Source of the DNA: Pristiophorus japonicus
Taxonomy: Eukaryota
Direction: 5' to 3'
DNA: 64,000 nt
Assembly: GCF_044704955.1 (NCBI RefSeq)
Contig: NC_091984.1
Location: 115,754,001 to 115,818,000, forward strand
Part shown: positions 1 through 12,866 of the stretch, piece after piece
How the letters are laid out: the number at the start of each line of letters is the position of its first letter
How positions within the stretch are numbered: the stretch's first letter is position 1
Notes under the pieces: model-generated
Database searches by the model: none
The model's input: the letters and a program-made list of their open reading frames with translations, nothing else
Told to the model about the DNA's origin: nothing
Made by a program: the position numbers and the translations under genes

Positions 1-589
1 TAACTTGAGTTTTATGAATATATGAACTCTGGTTTTTGAGTAATTCATTTTTTGGTATTACTGGGTACTGCACTGTGGTCTGGAGAATATTTTCTCCTTT
101 CCACTTTAATGAAGCAAGTTTCCCCTGTTTTATTGTTCACCCACTCACCCACCCACGCCACAACAGCTGCCTATCATCCATTCAAGTATGTGTTTCCCCT
201 ATTCTTAGCTGCAGTGCAGAATGAAGGAGTGCAGGTTCAGAGGGATAGAGCTAGGAATCAACAACTCAGGTGGGTGTGTATGCTTCCCATCTGCCTACCT
301 CCCTCCTTTTGGACACGCAGAAGTTGTTTCATAAACTTCTAAGGGAAGCAATGTTTGAAGAGCTTCCGGTTCCCCAGAGGAACTGCTGAGGATATTTGTA
401 AAATGCTGACTGCAGATCAGAGTCCAATCTCTAGAAACTCCATTACTCCTCTCTAAATTGAATGTGTCCCACTTAGCACTGCAGAGATGTATAAGGGACG
501 TAACTGATGAGCTATTTGAAAGAGCCTCAAATTGCATGAAGGTGCCAGAGGAGAATCAGATTCTCCAGGAAAGCTGGCTTTCTCATAGT

Positions 590-1060
590 ACATGGGGCCA
601 TTGATGGACCCCCTCATAGTGATGAAAGCTCCTTTTGTGAATGCTACTTCATAAATAAATAGAAAGAGATTCTACTGTTTCAATGTTGAACTTATCTGTG
701 CCCACCAGCACTGTGTAATATATGTGAATGCCTGCTGCTCAGGGAGCTGCTATGATGTGTTTCTTCTAAGGCAGTTGAGAGTGCCCACTATATTTCAGGG
801 AAAATCATTACATCTGGTTGGCTTTTGGGGGACCAAGGTATCCACTCCAGCCACTCCTGATGACACCTCGGTTTTCCCAGAGGTGATGCAAAGGAAAATT
901 ACAATGAGGTTCATTCTTTGACTAGAGTGATATAATAGCACATACCATTGGCATCCTGAAATCGTGCTTCAGCAGCCTAGACTGGTCCAGGGGAACTTCA
1001 CAATACTCTCCTAGATTTTCTGGGATTGTTTTGGTGTACTGCATGCCTCATAATCTCTCA
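590..1060 (+). pseudogene. Degenerate PIF/Harbinger (HARBI1-like) DDE transposase remnant inside a UCHL5 intron
   Basis: Frameshifted translation gives HGAIDG, NRKRFYCFNVELIC, VNACCSGSCYDVFLLRQ, GWLLGDQG, YNEVHSLTR and HTIGILK. These are the same motifs seen in the 27.0-27.8 kb transposase. Confidence 0.75.
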
Positions 1061-1636
1061 CTGGCAAGAGCAATAGGTAAACAAGGAGCTTCAGGAAGAA
1101 ATCGCGATGCAAGAATCCAGGGAACTAATTACATCATATCTGATGGTAATCGAGATGATGACCAACCTCTTCCAGCTGCAAGAAGCATTTGAAGCAATTT
1201 AATGAGGGATTGCTTTAACTAAATACGACGTATGACATTGTCAATTTAATGACATTCTGACAGCCCTCCAGGAACTAAAAACTAAATACCTGTCTGACTG
1301 AATTCAGTCAGATCAGACCCACGTCTACATTACCCACTGTTCCAACAGCCTACTGTTGATATGGACATCCTATTACAGCCTTACAATTTAAATGTCCAAA
1401 AATCATTCAATTATTAATAGAAAAAATCCAGCCTCCCAAGTGTGTACCTCATTTGCTTCTTAAGGAAATCTCTTCAGGGGCAGGGAGATGCTCACGGGTG
1501 TTCGGAGTCTGGAGAGAAAGTGGTACTGCTCGCTGGCTTGGCATCCTGCTCTCCATCAACCCACTGAAGTATGGAATAGCATTCGCAGTGATTTGAGAAG
1601 GATCAGTTAGGCCACAGCCTAGAACACTCTATTCCG

Positions 1637-2100
1637 TCACCAATCTATATAAGATCCCTGACAATAGCACCGTTTGCCCAAGGTTTCCAGAGCCTTCTCA
1701 ACTTGCCTATTATAGCTATCCCAGACTGCTGGATTTCCACTTGTCCTTGCATTTGTGTATGCCTTTTCTTTTAGCTTAATACCGTCTCTTAGCTCATTTG
1801 TTGACCTTGTTTGCTTAACTGCATAAGTGACGCCTTTTACGGGTATGCATTGGTTTTGTATTGTAACAAATACCTCTTTGAATATTTTCCACTGATTGTC
1901 TGTAGGTTTACTCATTTACAGCTCAGTCCGGTTTACTTTAGTCAATTTATTTCAAAGTTTGCCTTACTTAAATTTAAAATCTTGGTTTGTAACTCTTGCT
2001 TCTCCCTCTCAAACCTCATATCAAATTCAATCATATTATGGTCACTTTGCAAGACGTTCCCTTACAGTTATCACTAACTCTAGTATGGCCTTATCTCTTG
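1637..2100 (-). mobile_element. CR1 LINE ORF2 fragment (linker between APE and RT)
   Basis: ORF 1637-1915 (NQWKIFKEVF..QNQCIPVK..IKLKEKAY) is similar to the CR1 ORF2 linker at 22981-23367. Confidence 0.65.
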
Positions 2101-2104
2101 TATA

Positions 2105-3550
2105 GAAACAGAAAATGCTGGAAATACTCATCAGGTCAGCAGCATTTGTGTAGAGAGAAACAGTTCACGTTTCAGGTCGATGACTTTTGTCAGAATTAGA
2201 AAAAGTTAAGAGATGTAACAGATTTTAAGCAGGTGCAGAGGTAGGGGGAAGGTAGGAAAGAACAAAAGGGAAGGTCTGTGCTAAGGTGGAAGACAGAAGT
2301 GATTAATTGACAAAGGGGATGATAGTACGAAGCAATAGGAGATGGTAATGAGACAAGTAAAGAAACAAAAGATGGGTCTAGATGAAGTGTAAATAGGAAT
2401 GGCAAAAACATTAACAGCTGCCATATGGAAAAAATAGCAGAGGTTATAGTCTGAAATTATTGAATTCTATGTTGAGTCCAGAAGGCTGTAAAGTGCCTAA
2501 TCGAAAGATGAGGTTCTGTCCCTTGAGCTTATGGTGAGCTTCGATGGAACAGTGCAAGAGGCCGAGATCAGAGTGGGAGTGGAGCAGAGAATTAAAGTGA
2601 CCATCGACCAGAAGCTCGGGGTCACGCTTACGGACTGGATGGATGTGTTCTGCAAAGTGGTCACCCAGTCTGCGTTTGGTCTCCCCAATGTAGAGGAGAC
2701 TGCATCGTGAGCATCAAATACAGTATACTAAATTGCAAGAAGTACAAATAAATCACTGTTTCAACTAGAAGGAGTATTTGGGGTCCTGGACATTGGGAAG
2801 GGCAGGTATTTCAGCTCCTGTGATTGCATGGGAAGGTGCCGTGGGAATTGGAGGGGCTGTTGGGGGTGATTTGAGGATTGGACCAGGGAGTCTTGGAGGG
2901 AATGGTCCCTTCGGAATGCTGGGAGGGGAGGGGAAGATGCATTTGGTGGTGGTATCATGCTGGAGAGCGCGGAGGATGATCCATTGAATGTGGGGGCTTG
3001 TGGGCTGAAAAATGAGGACAAGGGGAACCCTGTTGTGGTTCTGGGAGGAAGGGGCGAGGGCAGAAGTGTGGGAAATAGAACGGACACGGTCGAGGGCCAT
3101 GTCAACCACAGTAGAGGGGAATCCTCGGTTGAGGCAAAAGGAAGACATATCGGAAGCACTAGTGTGGAAGGTGACGTCATCAGAACAGATGGCGTCAGAG
3201 AAACTGAGAGAATGGAATAGTGTCCTTGCAGGAAGTGGGGCAGGAGGAATTGTGGTCCAGGTCGCGGTGGGAGTCAGTGTGCTTACAGTGGATGTTTGTC
3301 GATAGCCTATCCCCAGAAATGGTGACACAGAATCCGAGGAAGGGAAGAGTTGGAGATGGACCAGATGAGGGAAGGGTGGAAATTGGAAGCAAAGTGAATG
3401 GAATTTTCTAGTTCAGGACGAGAGCAGGAAACGGCACCGATAGTCATCAATGTACCGGGAAAAAGAGGTGAGGGAGGGGACCAAAGAATGTTCCACATAT
3501 CCGACAGAGGCAGGTATAGCTAGGACCTATAGGGGGTTCCCATGGCAATT
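2105..3550 (-). mobile_element. Penelope-like element, degenerate RT and GIY-YIG endonuclease with 3' terminal region
   Basis: Minus-strand peptides DRLSTNIHCKHTDSHRDLDHNSS..IPFSQFL, ICSDDVTF..LNRGFP..RVPLVL and the GIY-YIG-type NLVYCI*CSRCSLLYIGETKRRLGDHFAEH. Confidence 0.85.
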
Positions 3551-4984
3551 TGGAGGAAGTGAGTGGAGTTAAAGGAGAAGTTGTTCAATGTGAGGACAAG
3601 TTCAGCCAGGAGGAGGGTGGTGGTGCTGGATGGGGACTGGTTGGGCCTCTGTTCAAGGCCTTATCTCTTTCTTGTTCTAAAACATATACTGTTCCAGAAA
3701 TCTGTCCCAAATATATTCAAGAAATTCATTGCTTGAGCTATTTTGTTTGTCCCATTCTAATTAAAATCAGCCATTATCACCTCATGGTTTCAGGTGCATG
3801 CTTCCCTGATCTCTGTATTTATATATTCTCCCACTACATCACTACTGTCAGGAGGTCTGGAGACAACTCCCACCAGAATCTTGTATCCTTTACTTTAGTT
3901 CTATCCATACTGGTTCACCCTTACTGATGTCCTTTCTTTCCACTGCTGCAATTGTTTTTTTTAATCAATATTGTTACCCCTCCTTTCCCAATTTTCTGGT
4001 CCTTTCTGAAGATCCTGTAGCCTGAAATATTCGGCTCCCAATTATACTCAGCTTGTAGCCAGGTCTCTAATGGCTACTATATCATATCCTTCAATCTCTG
4101 TAGACTCCTCCAGCCCTACAACTGTACATTAAAGCAGACCTCCGCTGCTCTGAGGTAATGGGAATCACATTAGAGTTTCAGATTGTGACCTCGAGCAGCT
4201 CCATACACTTATAACATGCAAACAGTTACAATTCATGTCTGTCTTGATCTTTGTGAAAAGGATGATTTCAAATGCTTTGTGCTCAAAGGAACAGGAGCAT
4301 TCATCCCCTCTGGCCTGTACTGCCATTCTGTGAGATCATGGCTAACCTGTGACCTAATGCTATGTACAATATGCCAGGTATAATGCATACATTAGTGCTT
4401 ATATGTCTCCAGGCCAAAGCATGTGCTGCCAAACCTTGTCCACCCTTGTCATTGCATTATAGGGTTGGAGGAGGTGGTACTAACTGCCAGTACACAGCAA
4501 AAGGGCCATTTCCCCCTTCCTCCAAATAAATTATCCCTACTTCTCCTATCTTCAGCCAACAGTACATCCAGCTTGCTCTCTACAAAATTGGCAGACCTTG
4601 ATCCTTACTTCTGGCTGACCACCTTAGCCTGGGTAACATCTTGGTTATCTGTCCACAGATTTTAAATGTTGCTTCCAATCCCGAATTACTAACCGCCGCC
4701 CCCCCCCCCCGCGGAGCTGTTTCCAATGCCTGGTGGATCTCCAGGGTAAGTTCACCCATTGATGGGTAAATCGGCTGGTCCTGGAAAACACATTGGGCTG
4801 GGAGGAAAGGTCAAATTAAAATAACATCCCTTACCTTTGCCCCCTGCAACAATCTCCATACCCTTGCCACTGATTCGAACCCTCTCCCCGGATATCTCAC
4901 CCATGAGCTGAGCTACCGACCCCATAGCCTCTCTCATCACAGAGATTGCCCATTTCCACTTCCATAACAATACTCACCTCTGTT

Positions 4985-6655
4985 CCTGCCTCAGCACATT
5001 GCTGCTAAAATCCTCACCCGTGCCTTTGTCACTTCTAGCCTTGACTATTCCAACACTCCCCCAGCCAGCCTCCCATCCTCCATGCTCTGTAAACTTGCTC
5101 TCTCAAAACTCTGCTGCCGAATCCTATCCCACAAGTCATTCTCAATCATCGCTCCTGACTTTATTGTCTTGCATTGGCTCCCAGTTCTCCGATACATCCA
5201 TTCTAAAATTCTCATACTTGTTTTTATATCCCTTTATGAACTTGCGCCTCCTTATAAGAACATAAGAAATAGGAACAGGAGTGGGCCATACGGCCCCTCG
5301 AGCCTGCTCCGCCATTCAATAAGATCATGGACTCAGCTCCACTTCCCTGCCTATTCCCCATAACCCCTCATCCCCTTATCGTTTAAGAAACTGTCTATTT
5401 CTGTCTTAAATTTATTCAATGTCCCAGCTTCTGCAACTCTCTGAGGCAGCGAATTCCACAGATTTACAACCCTCAGAAGAAATTTCTCCTCATCTCTGTT
5501 TTAAATGGGCGGCCCCTTATTCTAAGATCATGTCCTTTAGTTCTAGTCTCCCCCATCAGTGGAAATATCCTCTCTGCATTGACCTTGTCAAGCCCCCTCA
5601 TAATCTTATACATTTCGATAAGATCACCTCTCATTCTTCTGAATTCCAATGTGTAGAGGCCCAACCTACTCAACCATTCCTCAGAAGTCAACCCCCCATC
5701 CCCGGAATCAACCTAATGAACCTTCTCTGAACTGCCTCCAAAGCAAGTATATCCTTTTGTAAATATGGAAACCAAAACTGCACGCAGTATTCCAGGTGTG
5801 GCCTCACCAATACCTTGTATAGCTCTGTAAGACTTCCCTGCATTTATACACCATCCCCTTTGCAATAAAGATACTATTGGCCTTCCTGATCACTTGCTGT
5901 ACCTGCATACTATTCGTTTGTGTTTCATGCACAAGTACCCCCAGGACTTTGCAATCTTTCTCCATTTAAATAATAACTTGCTCTTTGATTTTTTTCTGCC
6001 AAAGTGCATGACCTCACACTTGCCAACATTATACTCCATCTGCCAAGTTTTTGCCCACTCAGTTAGCCTGTCTATCCTTTTGCAGGTTTTTTGTGTCCTC
6101 CTCAATTTGCTTTTCCTCCCATCTTTGTATCGTCAGCAAACTTGGCTACGTTACACTCAAGTCCCTTCTTCCAAGTCATTAATATAGATTGTAAATAGTT
6201 GGGGTCCCGCACTGCTCCCTGCGGCACCCCACTAGTCACTGGTTGCCAACCAGAGAATGAACCATTCTCTGGTTGGCAACCAATAACTAGTGGGGTGCCA
6301 CAGGGATCAGTGCTGGGACCCCAACTCTAGCCTACTCCAGTCCTACAACCCGCACCCTCAGACCTCTGTTCCTCTGACTCTGGCCTCTTGTGGGTCTCCC
6401 ATCCCTGCGCCCACTATTGTCGGCCGTGCCTTCAACCCCCTAGGCCCCATGCTCTGGAAGGTTCTCCCTAAATTCCCCCATCACTCCACCTCCCTCTCCT
6501 TCTTTAAGATCCTCTTTAAAACCAAGCTTTTGGTTATCCCACCTAATACCAATTTCTTTGACTTATCATCTATTTGTGTCTGACTGTGCCTCTGTGAAGC
6601 ACCTTGGAATGTTTGTCTATGTTTAAAAACTCAATACGAATGCAAGTTATTAATG
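4985..6655 (+). mobile_element. L2 LINE 3' remnant split by a CR1 insertion (L2 parts ~4985-5255 and ~6327-6655)
   Basis: LHWLPV..SKILIL motif, GRAF..GP.LW..LP, and an L2-type tail (tgtgaagcaccttgg..aatgcaagtt). The two halves join across the insertion. Confidence 0.75.
5256..6326 (-). mobile_element. 5'-truncated CR1 LINE (RT C-terminus and 3' tail) with a fold-back inverted duplication at its 5' end
   Basis: Peptides EWAKTWQMEYNVGKCEVMHFG and RRMRGDLIEMYKI; (ttcttatg)-type tail at 5256; palindrome at 6197-6326. Confidence 0.9.
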
Positions 6656-6815
6656 CTGGACTTGATTCATGAATCTGAGATCCCCCAAAAATGTGGAATC
6701 AGCGAATAATGGCCAATTTGGCCAGTCTCCTGGGTGGCTGTGATGGACACGTTCCACTGTATGTTTGATATAATATAGTATATGAGCTAACTTTATTGCA
6801 TTGGTCTTGTTTCAG

Positions 6816-6914
6816 ATCGAAAACGTCAGAAGAAAGCACAACTACCTGCCCTTTATCATGGAACTGTTAAAGACTCTGGCAGAACACCAGCAGTTAATAC
6901 CACTAGTAGAAAAG
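6816..6914 (+). CDS. UCHL5: UCHL5 (UCH37) penultimate coding exon
   Basis: ttcag acceptor, then 33 codons [33 protein letters not shown] matching the UCH37 C-terminal ULD region. Donor is AAG|gcaagt. Confidence 0.96.
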
Positions 6915-7797
6915 GCAAGTGTCTTGATTTCTTAGTAACTTAGTCACTCACTGAAAATAATGTTGATTTTCTTGGGACTGGAGACAAAGCAGCATGCTTC
7001 CAACTTGTCCAGTTTTATTGAAGTATTCATCTCAAATAAGTGAATAACTGAGGGCTTAGTGTCCAGGTATTGTGTTGGAGCTGTGAAAGAAGCTGTGCCT
7101 AATGGTGTAATGTGCCTCCCATTGCATGGCTGGGCATGAATTCCACACCTGTGATTCTCCACATAGTGGGTTCCTGGTTTGATGAGGGTTGTTTGGGGAA
7201 GTACAAAGCAACAACGAGCTACTCTTCCCTGACTGGGTGTTTTTTTTAAAAAAAAAAGGTCACCTGGACTACGCTTATGTCCTTCCAAGTGGTTCTTCAA
7301 AGACTGACTTAAGTGTAGATCTCCTATGCAATCTTAGTTTGGGAGTGGTGCATAGGTTTGGAGGAACCTTGGGAGGCAAGAGAAAAATGTAGGATTGAAA
7401 AAGAACACCTTTGTTAGCTGCAGAGTCTCTATCGTTGGCCAGATTCAATCTGTCGCCTGGTAAACTGGATCTGCATGTTTCTACCTTGGGACGCACAGCC
7501 CACTTTCCCAGTGCATTGTTACAGGTTTGGATTGGTCATAGCAACCCAACATTAGATAGCCATGGAGGCTGGAAGGCTGTCCTAAGAAAAAGGCACTGTG
7601 CACAGGGATAAGAGTTTATTTTTAAAAAAGGAACAAGTGTAGACAAACCCCCACCAAACACCACGATGGAGCAGATCAACGTATTCCATCTTGACGTGGA
7701 GTATAGTTTCCATCTGCCAGCAGCCTTGGCCATGTGACAGCAGGCCAAATTCATGAAGGTATGCATGTATGTGATATATATGTGTGTGATTTTAATA

Positions 7798-8325
7798 CAG
7801 GTGCAGCGCCAAAATTCCGGAGTTCCAGAGTCCGGAATGTTCCAGAATCCGGACTCCGGACCGATTGGTGGCGGGGTTGTCCGAAATCCGTAAACTGTTC
7901 CGGAATCCGGACCTGCCGATCTCGGGGGCCCTGCTGCCGCCCAACCTTGGGCCTTGCCTCGCCTCCGCTTGCCTCGTCCCGCCCACCGCTGCTTTCCTTA
8001 CCTCGGGGCCTCGCCGCTGGCCCGTCCGAACACCACCTCTGCGACGGGTCCTCGCCGCCGGCCCGTCCGAACACCACCTCTGCGACGGGTCCTCGCCGCC
8101 GGCCCGTCTGAACACCACCTCCGCGACGGGGCCGGCCTGCCTGCCCGAACACCTCTTCGGCGAGAACCCGCCCCCCTTCTGACGTTATGAAATCTGGAAA
8201 TATCTGAACCTGGGCTCAGGTGTTTCCGGATTTGTGACGTCAGAAAGAAGATCGAAAGTCCGGAAAAGCCCGGAATCCGGAACAGCCTTGGTTCCAAGGG
8301 TTCCGGATTCTCGATGCTGCACATA
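7798..8325. mobile_element. Tc1/mariner (Tigger-like) MITE with internal 41-bp tandem repeat
   Basis: Flanked by TA; imperfect TIR CAGGTGCAGC..GCTGCACATA; many TCCGGA palindromes; 41-bp units start at 8009, 8050 and 8091, plus a partial unit. Confidence 0.7.
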
Positions 8326-8703
8326 TACAACTTTTCAACAAATTTCAAAGTAACCTAAATGTAGGTTGCGATTGAGCTCATGGCTTGGAAAGTTTGCCGC
8401 TTGACCTGCCTGATGAGCATTGCTGGGGATTTCAAAGGGTGTGTGTAAGATGCAGTTTTGACAGCACAATCAAGAACTGCACTGGTGTGATTTCTTCATA
8501 GATACCAACAATGCCTCACATAAGTTCCCGATCTCAGGTCGGGAGATGTTTAAGAGTGGCAGATAATTGAGAGGATGGATCACTCCTGGTGCCCTTGTAC
8601 ACTTACTCTACTCAGTTATAGAATGCCATTGAATGTTGGGGGAAATAAAGTTAGGTACATCTTGCTGGATTCACCTGATAGAATAATGTGTTTATCATCA
8701 CAG

Positions 8704-8748
8704 GCTAAAGAAAAACAGAATGCCAAGAAAGCTCAAGAAGCCAAGTGA
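8704..8748 (+). CDS. UCHL5: UCHL5 last coding exon
   Basis: catcacag acceptor, in frame with the previous exon: AKEKQNAKKAQEAK-TGA (human ends AKEKQNAKKAQETK). Confidence 0.95.
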   Translation, partial: AKEKQNAKKAQEAK

Positions 8749-9089
8749 GACTTCCCTCTGATACATTGTGACCATTTGCTGCTGATAATTCTGTTTTAAG
8801 AAGTGAACTCTGACCTATACCCAGTGGACTTTTCAGATACTGTTAACGAGTGCAAAGCACTCTCATTTGTAATTATACGTCTCGTACAAGTCTGTTAAAT
8901 GTTCCCCATTTGCATCGCGTGCATGCATTATGTACCATTGAGAATACAAATGAGTTTTTTAATATATCTTTTTTTTTCCTCTTACAAACTGTTCAAAGTG
9001 CTGACGACACTTTACAACCCAGATTTCAAAAGGTTCAGTTTTCTCTGTCTCGTGTTGAGTAATGGAATTGACTAGGTGCATGACATGGT

Positions 9090-9160
9090 AATAAATGCTA
9101 AATAAAAATTATTATTTTGAAAAGAAAACGTTTCTCCTCTTCCCAGTGTGTTTTTTTTTC
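9090..9160 (+). terminator. UCHL5 polyadenylation signal
   Basis: AATAAA at 9090-9095 and 9101-9106, followed by a GT/T-rich downstream element (gtgtgttttttttt, ~9146-9159), about 350 nt after the stop codon. Confidence 0.7.
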
Positions 9161-9184
9161 CTGAGTAAAAGCAGCTTAGTAATT

Positions 9185-9630
9185 TAAAAGCGAAATACTG
9201 CGGATGCTGGAACCTGAAATAAAAATGGAAAATGTTGGAAATCTCAGCGGGTCAGGCAGCATCTGTGGAGCGAGAAAAACAGAGTTAACGTTTCAGGTCA
9301 ATAACCCTTCGTCAGAACTGGTGAATGTTCGAAAAGAACAGATTCTTAAGGAGGAGGGGGAAAAAAACAAAAGGGAAGGTCTGTGATAGGGTGGAAAACA
9401 GGAGAGATTAGAGAGACAAAAGGGATGATGGACTGAATTGAAATGGCCATGGCAAAAGTTAGAAAAAGGTTTGTCCAGATAGTGTGAATGGCGGAATAAT
9501 TACCAGCTGCTATTGAAGACAGGATGAGTTGGGAGGGGAGGGTGGGGGGGGGGGGGGTGGTGAAGGGAGCCAAAAATAGGCAGAGGTTATTTAAAATCGT
9601 TGAACTCGAGGTCGAGTCCAGAAGGCTTTA
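9185..9630 (-). mobile_element. Penelope terminal-region fragment
   Basis: Shares ctcagcgggtcaggcagcatctgtggag, acgtttcaggtc and gagtccagaaggct blocks with 2110-2490. Confidence 0.7.
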
Positions 9631-12600
9631 AATGCCATGGTGATTGCAAGTTTGAGTTCAGTGAGTGCCCAAAACCCTGGAGAAAAACAGAAGTTTGATT
9701 ATGGTGGTAGTAATTATTTGTTTCTTGTATTTTTTTTTAAGCATCATCAAGTTGTCATCCAACATTTTCAGGAATAGCAACCTGTTAAATAATGATCGCC
9801 GCGGGACATAACCAGCAATCTCTGTCCGGCAGTTAATGTACCTCGTTTACTGTGCACAGATGCGGACACTTTTTCTTCTGCAGGAGTGGGGGCAGGGACT
9901 GGATGTCAGAAATCTGGGATTTGGGCTGCGTTTGCTCTTTACTCGGTGGAATGGTGGTTGCGTTATTGAAAGAACAATTTAAAAACTGGTTGGAAACTAA
10001 AGTAAAATGGTGACATTTGCAATTGTTCTGCTCATTCTTCATTCCTGCTCATTTAGAATCTTTATCTAGCAGCCCAGTAAATTGAATTAAGAACGTTTAG
10101 CGCTGGCTGCTTTTGAATCAACTTGGTGGTTCTGTCTTTGCCATTTAAAATCCATCCCTGTGCAAGTTCAAGTCTGTGCATATGGACAAAATTAGGATTG
10201 AGTGATGCTTTATGATTTGTATGGGCTTAACTTGCCCCCACAAGAAAAAGTCTATAATCCCGTTTTAAATTTAAAAAAATCTATTTCCACTTTTCCCCAC
10301 AAGTGTCTTTTTACCACGCAGCATTCTGTCTTGGAAGTGAGAGTATTACCTACTGAATGAAGGCTGAAAAATGCTATTTTTTTAAGTCACTGTGCACCCG
10401 ATGAGACTTGCTCACAGTTATTGGGGTGCTTGCCTATTGCCATGAATCGGGATTGTTGTTCTTCAGCTGAGCACTAGGTGGCACTTGAGCAGTGCAGGTT
10501 GGAATCATAGAATCGTACAGTACAGAGAGACCATTCGACTCATTGTGCAGGTTAACTCGCCATCTGGTGAACCTTTTGCTTGCTCTGGGGAAAGTGTGCC
10601 TTGCCAGGTAATCAATTGGACTGTTACCTGGAGCACTCTATAGGAAACATGAGGAGAAACTGCATCTCAATGCTGTAGCATGGTATGTTTGGGCTGTGAG
10701 TGCGGTGGTTGCTATCGCTACAAATATGCTGGATTGACTACCATGGCATGTATATCTTTGAGTACAATATTTAATCAAAGGCCTAGCCACAGCTGTGAGT
10801 GGCCATTTCAGATCTATTACTTTATTTTAACAAAAAAAACTTTTGCAATGCTTCACAATCCTAACATAGTACAAAGGTTTACAGAGACAAAGTTAGTGAC
10901 CTTTTTTGCGTCCCAGTGAAATAAGGAGAAGCTGGGTGCTGAGAAATTGTGCAGTTTCTTGGTTCAGGCATCCGGGAGGAGAAATTGCGACCCTCGTCTC
11001 GCCTGTTTTTCAGGCAAAAAAGACCAGTTTCACGGGGCTACATCCTGCACCCAAAGGGCACCTGGAATAGAAGTTGGTAGCTAATACATGATGCCTCATG
11101 ATCTCTGAACACAATTAGGATTTGGCTTAAAATTGCTGCAGACAGCATTTACAAGAATACATTATTCAATTTTCAGAACCTAACAACAAGCAAAAGACTG
11201 CAGTTACACTATCGACTTCTATTTGCACATAATTGGCTTGGGCGATATTCAGAATCGACCATGAGGCTTCATGCAATATGCTGATGAATTGGGAACCTAA
11301 CGCTCTTCTTGACCCCTCTTGGATATTTGCCAGCACTGCGCAAGTATGTGCCCCATAGCTTTTCCAGGGCCTTGCAGCAGCCGAGCCAGCGATCCCTAAT
11401 GGGGGCTTCTCACGAGCAGCGCAATGGGCCTAAATCGGTGTGCTGGAAACCGGCCAGCTGCCTCTGGATGTTTGATTGGTAGTCGTGGCTTGCCGGAATG
11501 ATGTTGATGAGGCCCAATTTTAGACAACCCTTAGGCCCATCGTCTGGAGTGTGGTGCTGTAAGCATGCTGACCATTTCGGTTCTGAAAATGGGCCTAAAC
11601 TAATTTCTAGTCATGTTAGCGTCGAGGTTTCCAGGTGTAGTGTGTGGTGGCATTGGGGAATGCCTTAGCCCCAACATTTGAAGAGCAACTCCTTGAAGGC
11701 ACCTTGTTGCTGCCAAAAGTTGTAACTAAGTGAGTTTAAAGGCTGTGGAGGTCAAGTAGGCACGGATGGAGTACTGGAAGATGGTAAGGCCTATAATGGT
11801 CCACGTAGTCTCCTGGGCAAAGAGCTGGAAGCTGGAATATGACTTGAATGTGTGCAGTCAAATACCTCTGGTAAAATTTTCGAAGCAGCTAATTGATGAA
11901 AACCAATTTGCATTTTAAAAAAGACAAATAAAGCTGCAGACACCGGACATAATGTGAGTGACTAATCTATGTATGGGATTGTTGTATTTTCCCACTTTTC
12001 ATTGTCTCATTTCCTTGTAATTGATGACCTACAGCTACGACCAATCTTGTGATTCAGCAATTTTCAATGTTTTTCAATACTTTGTTATGGTTTAGTGCTG
12101 TCAAAAATAAGTATAAATAAATGTGATAGTTACGATTCTCAAAACAATAGTAAATTGAAAGGCATTTTTTCCATTTGGCACGTTAGAGTATTTTAGTTTA
12201 TAAAACTTGTGTGTCTGATCACATAAATCATTGGGTTTAAGGAGGCAATATGATTGTGTTGATCATTGAGGGACAGAACTGGTGTTGAGTCCCACTTTAT
12301 TCAGTTGTGGATTTGAGTTGCATTGAATCGGGGTGGGAGGGCTACACCAGCTCCCAACGGGAAGGGAAACTCAGGCAGGTTTTGGGGGGGTGGGGGGGAG
12401 ATTTCTGGTTGTTTGTTATTGGAATCATTGACACTGCCATGGAGGCAGGTCACAAGCTCGAGAAAGGAGCTAAAAATACAAAACAAAAAGGGGAACCTAT
12501 CCAAATAGTTGAGAAAACAATTGCGTCTCAGAATTTTGTGTAGGCAAATATATAGCTTGTTACAATAGTTATCCTCAAACGTGTTGACCTGACTAGTTTT

Positions 12601-12866
12601 GTACTTATTAGCATTCATTTACATGGAGAACTTATTACAAAAAACAGACATGAAGATGAGGCAAACTATTTATGTATTATTTCTGATCTTTTTAATACTG
12701 AAAGTGTTTTTGTTCAAAGTGGTGCAGCCTTCCATCTTTATTTGTAATGAAACAAAATGGCCATCAGGTGGCAGATGCTTCAAGCGCTGATCTTTAAGGT
12801 TAAGTACAACCACTTGTACACTTTGTTATCTGAACGAACTTTGCAGGCAATATGAGGTCATTTTGC

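Noticed and set aside
6919-6924. Canonical GT donor 4 nt downstream of the GC donor
   Set aside because: Poor consensus (gtgtct), and it would frameshift the conserved last exon.
7734-8348. Overlapping 78-133 aa ORFs on both strands
   Set aside because: By-products of a GC-rich tandem repeat inside a MITE.
10973-11612. Possible MITE bounded by gagaaattg / aatttctag
   Set aside because: The terminal match is too short and degenerate to call with confidence.
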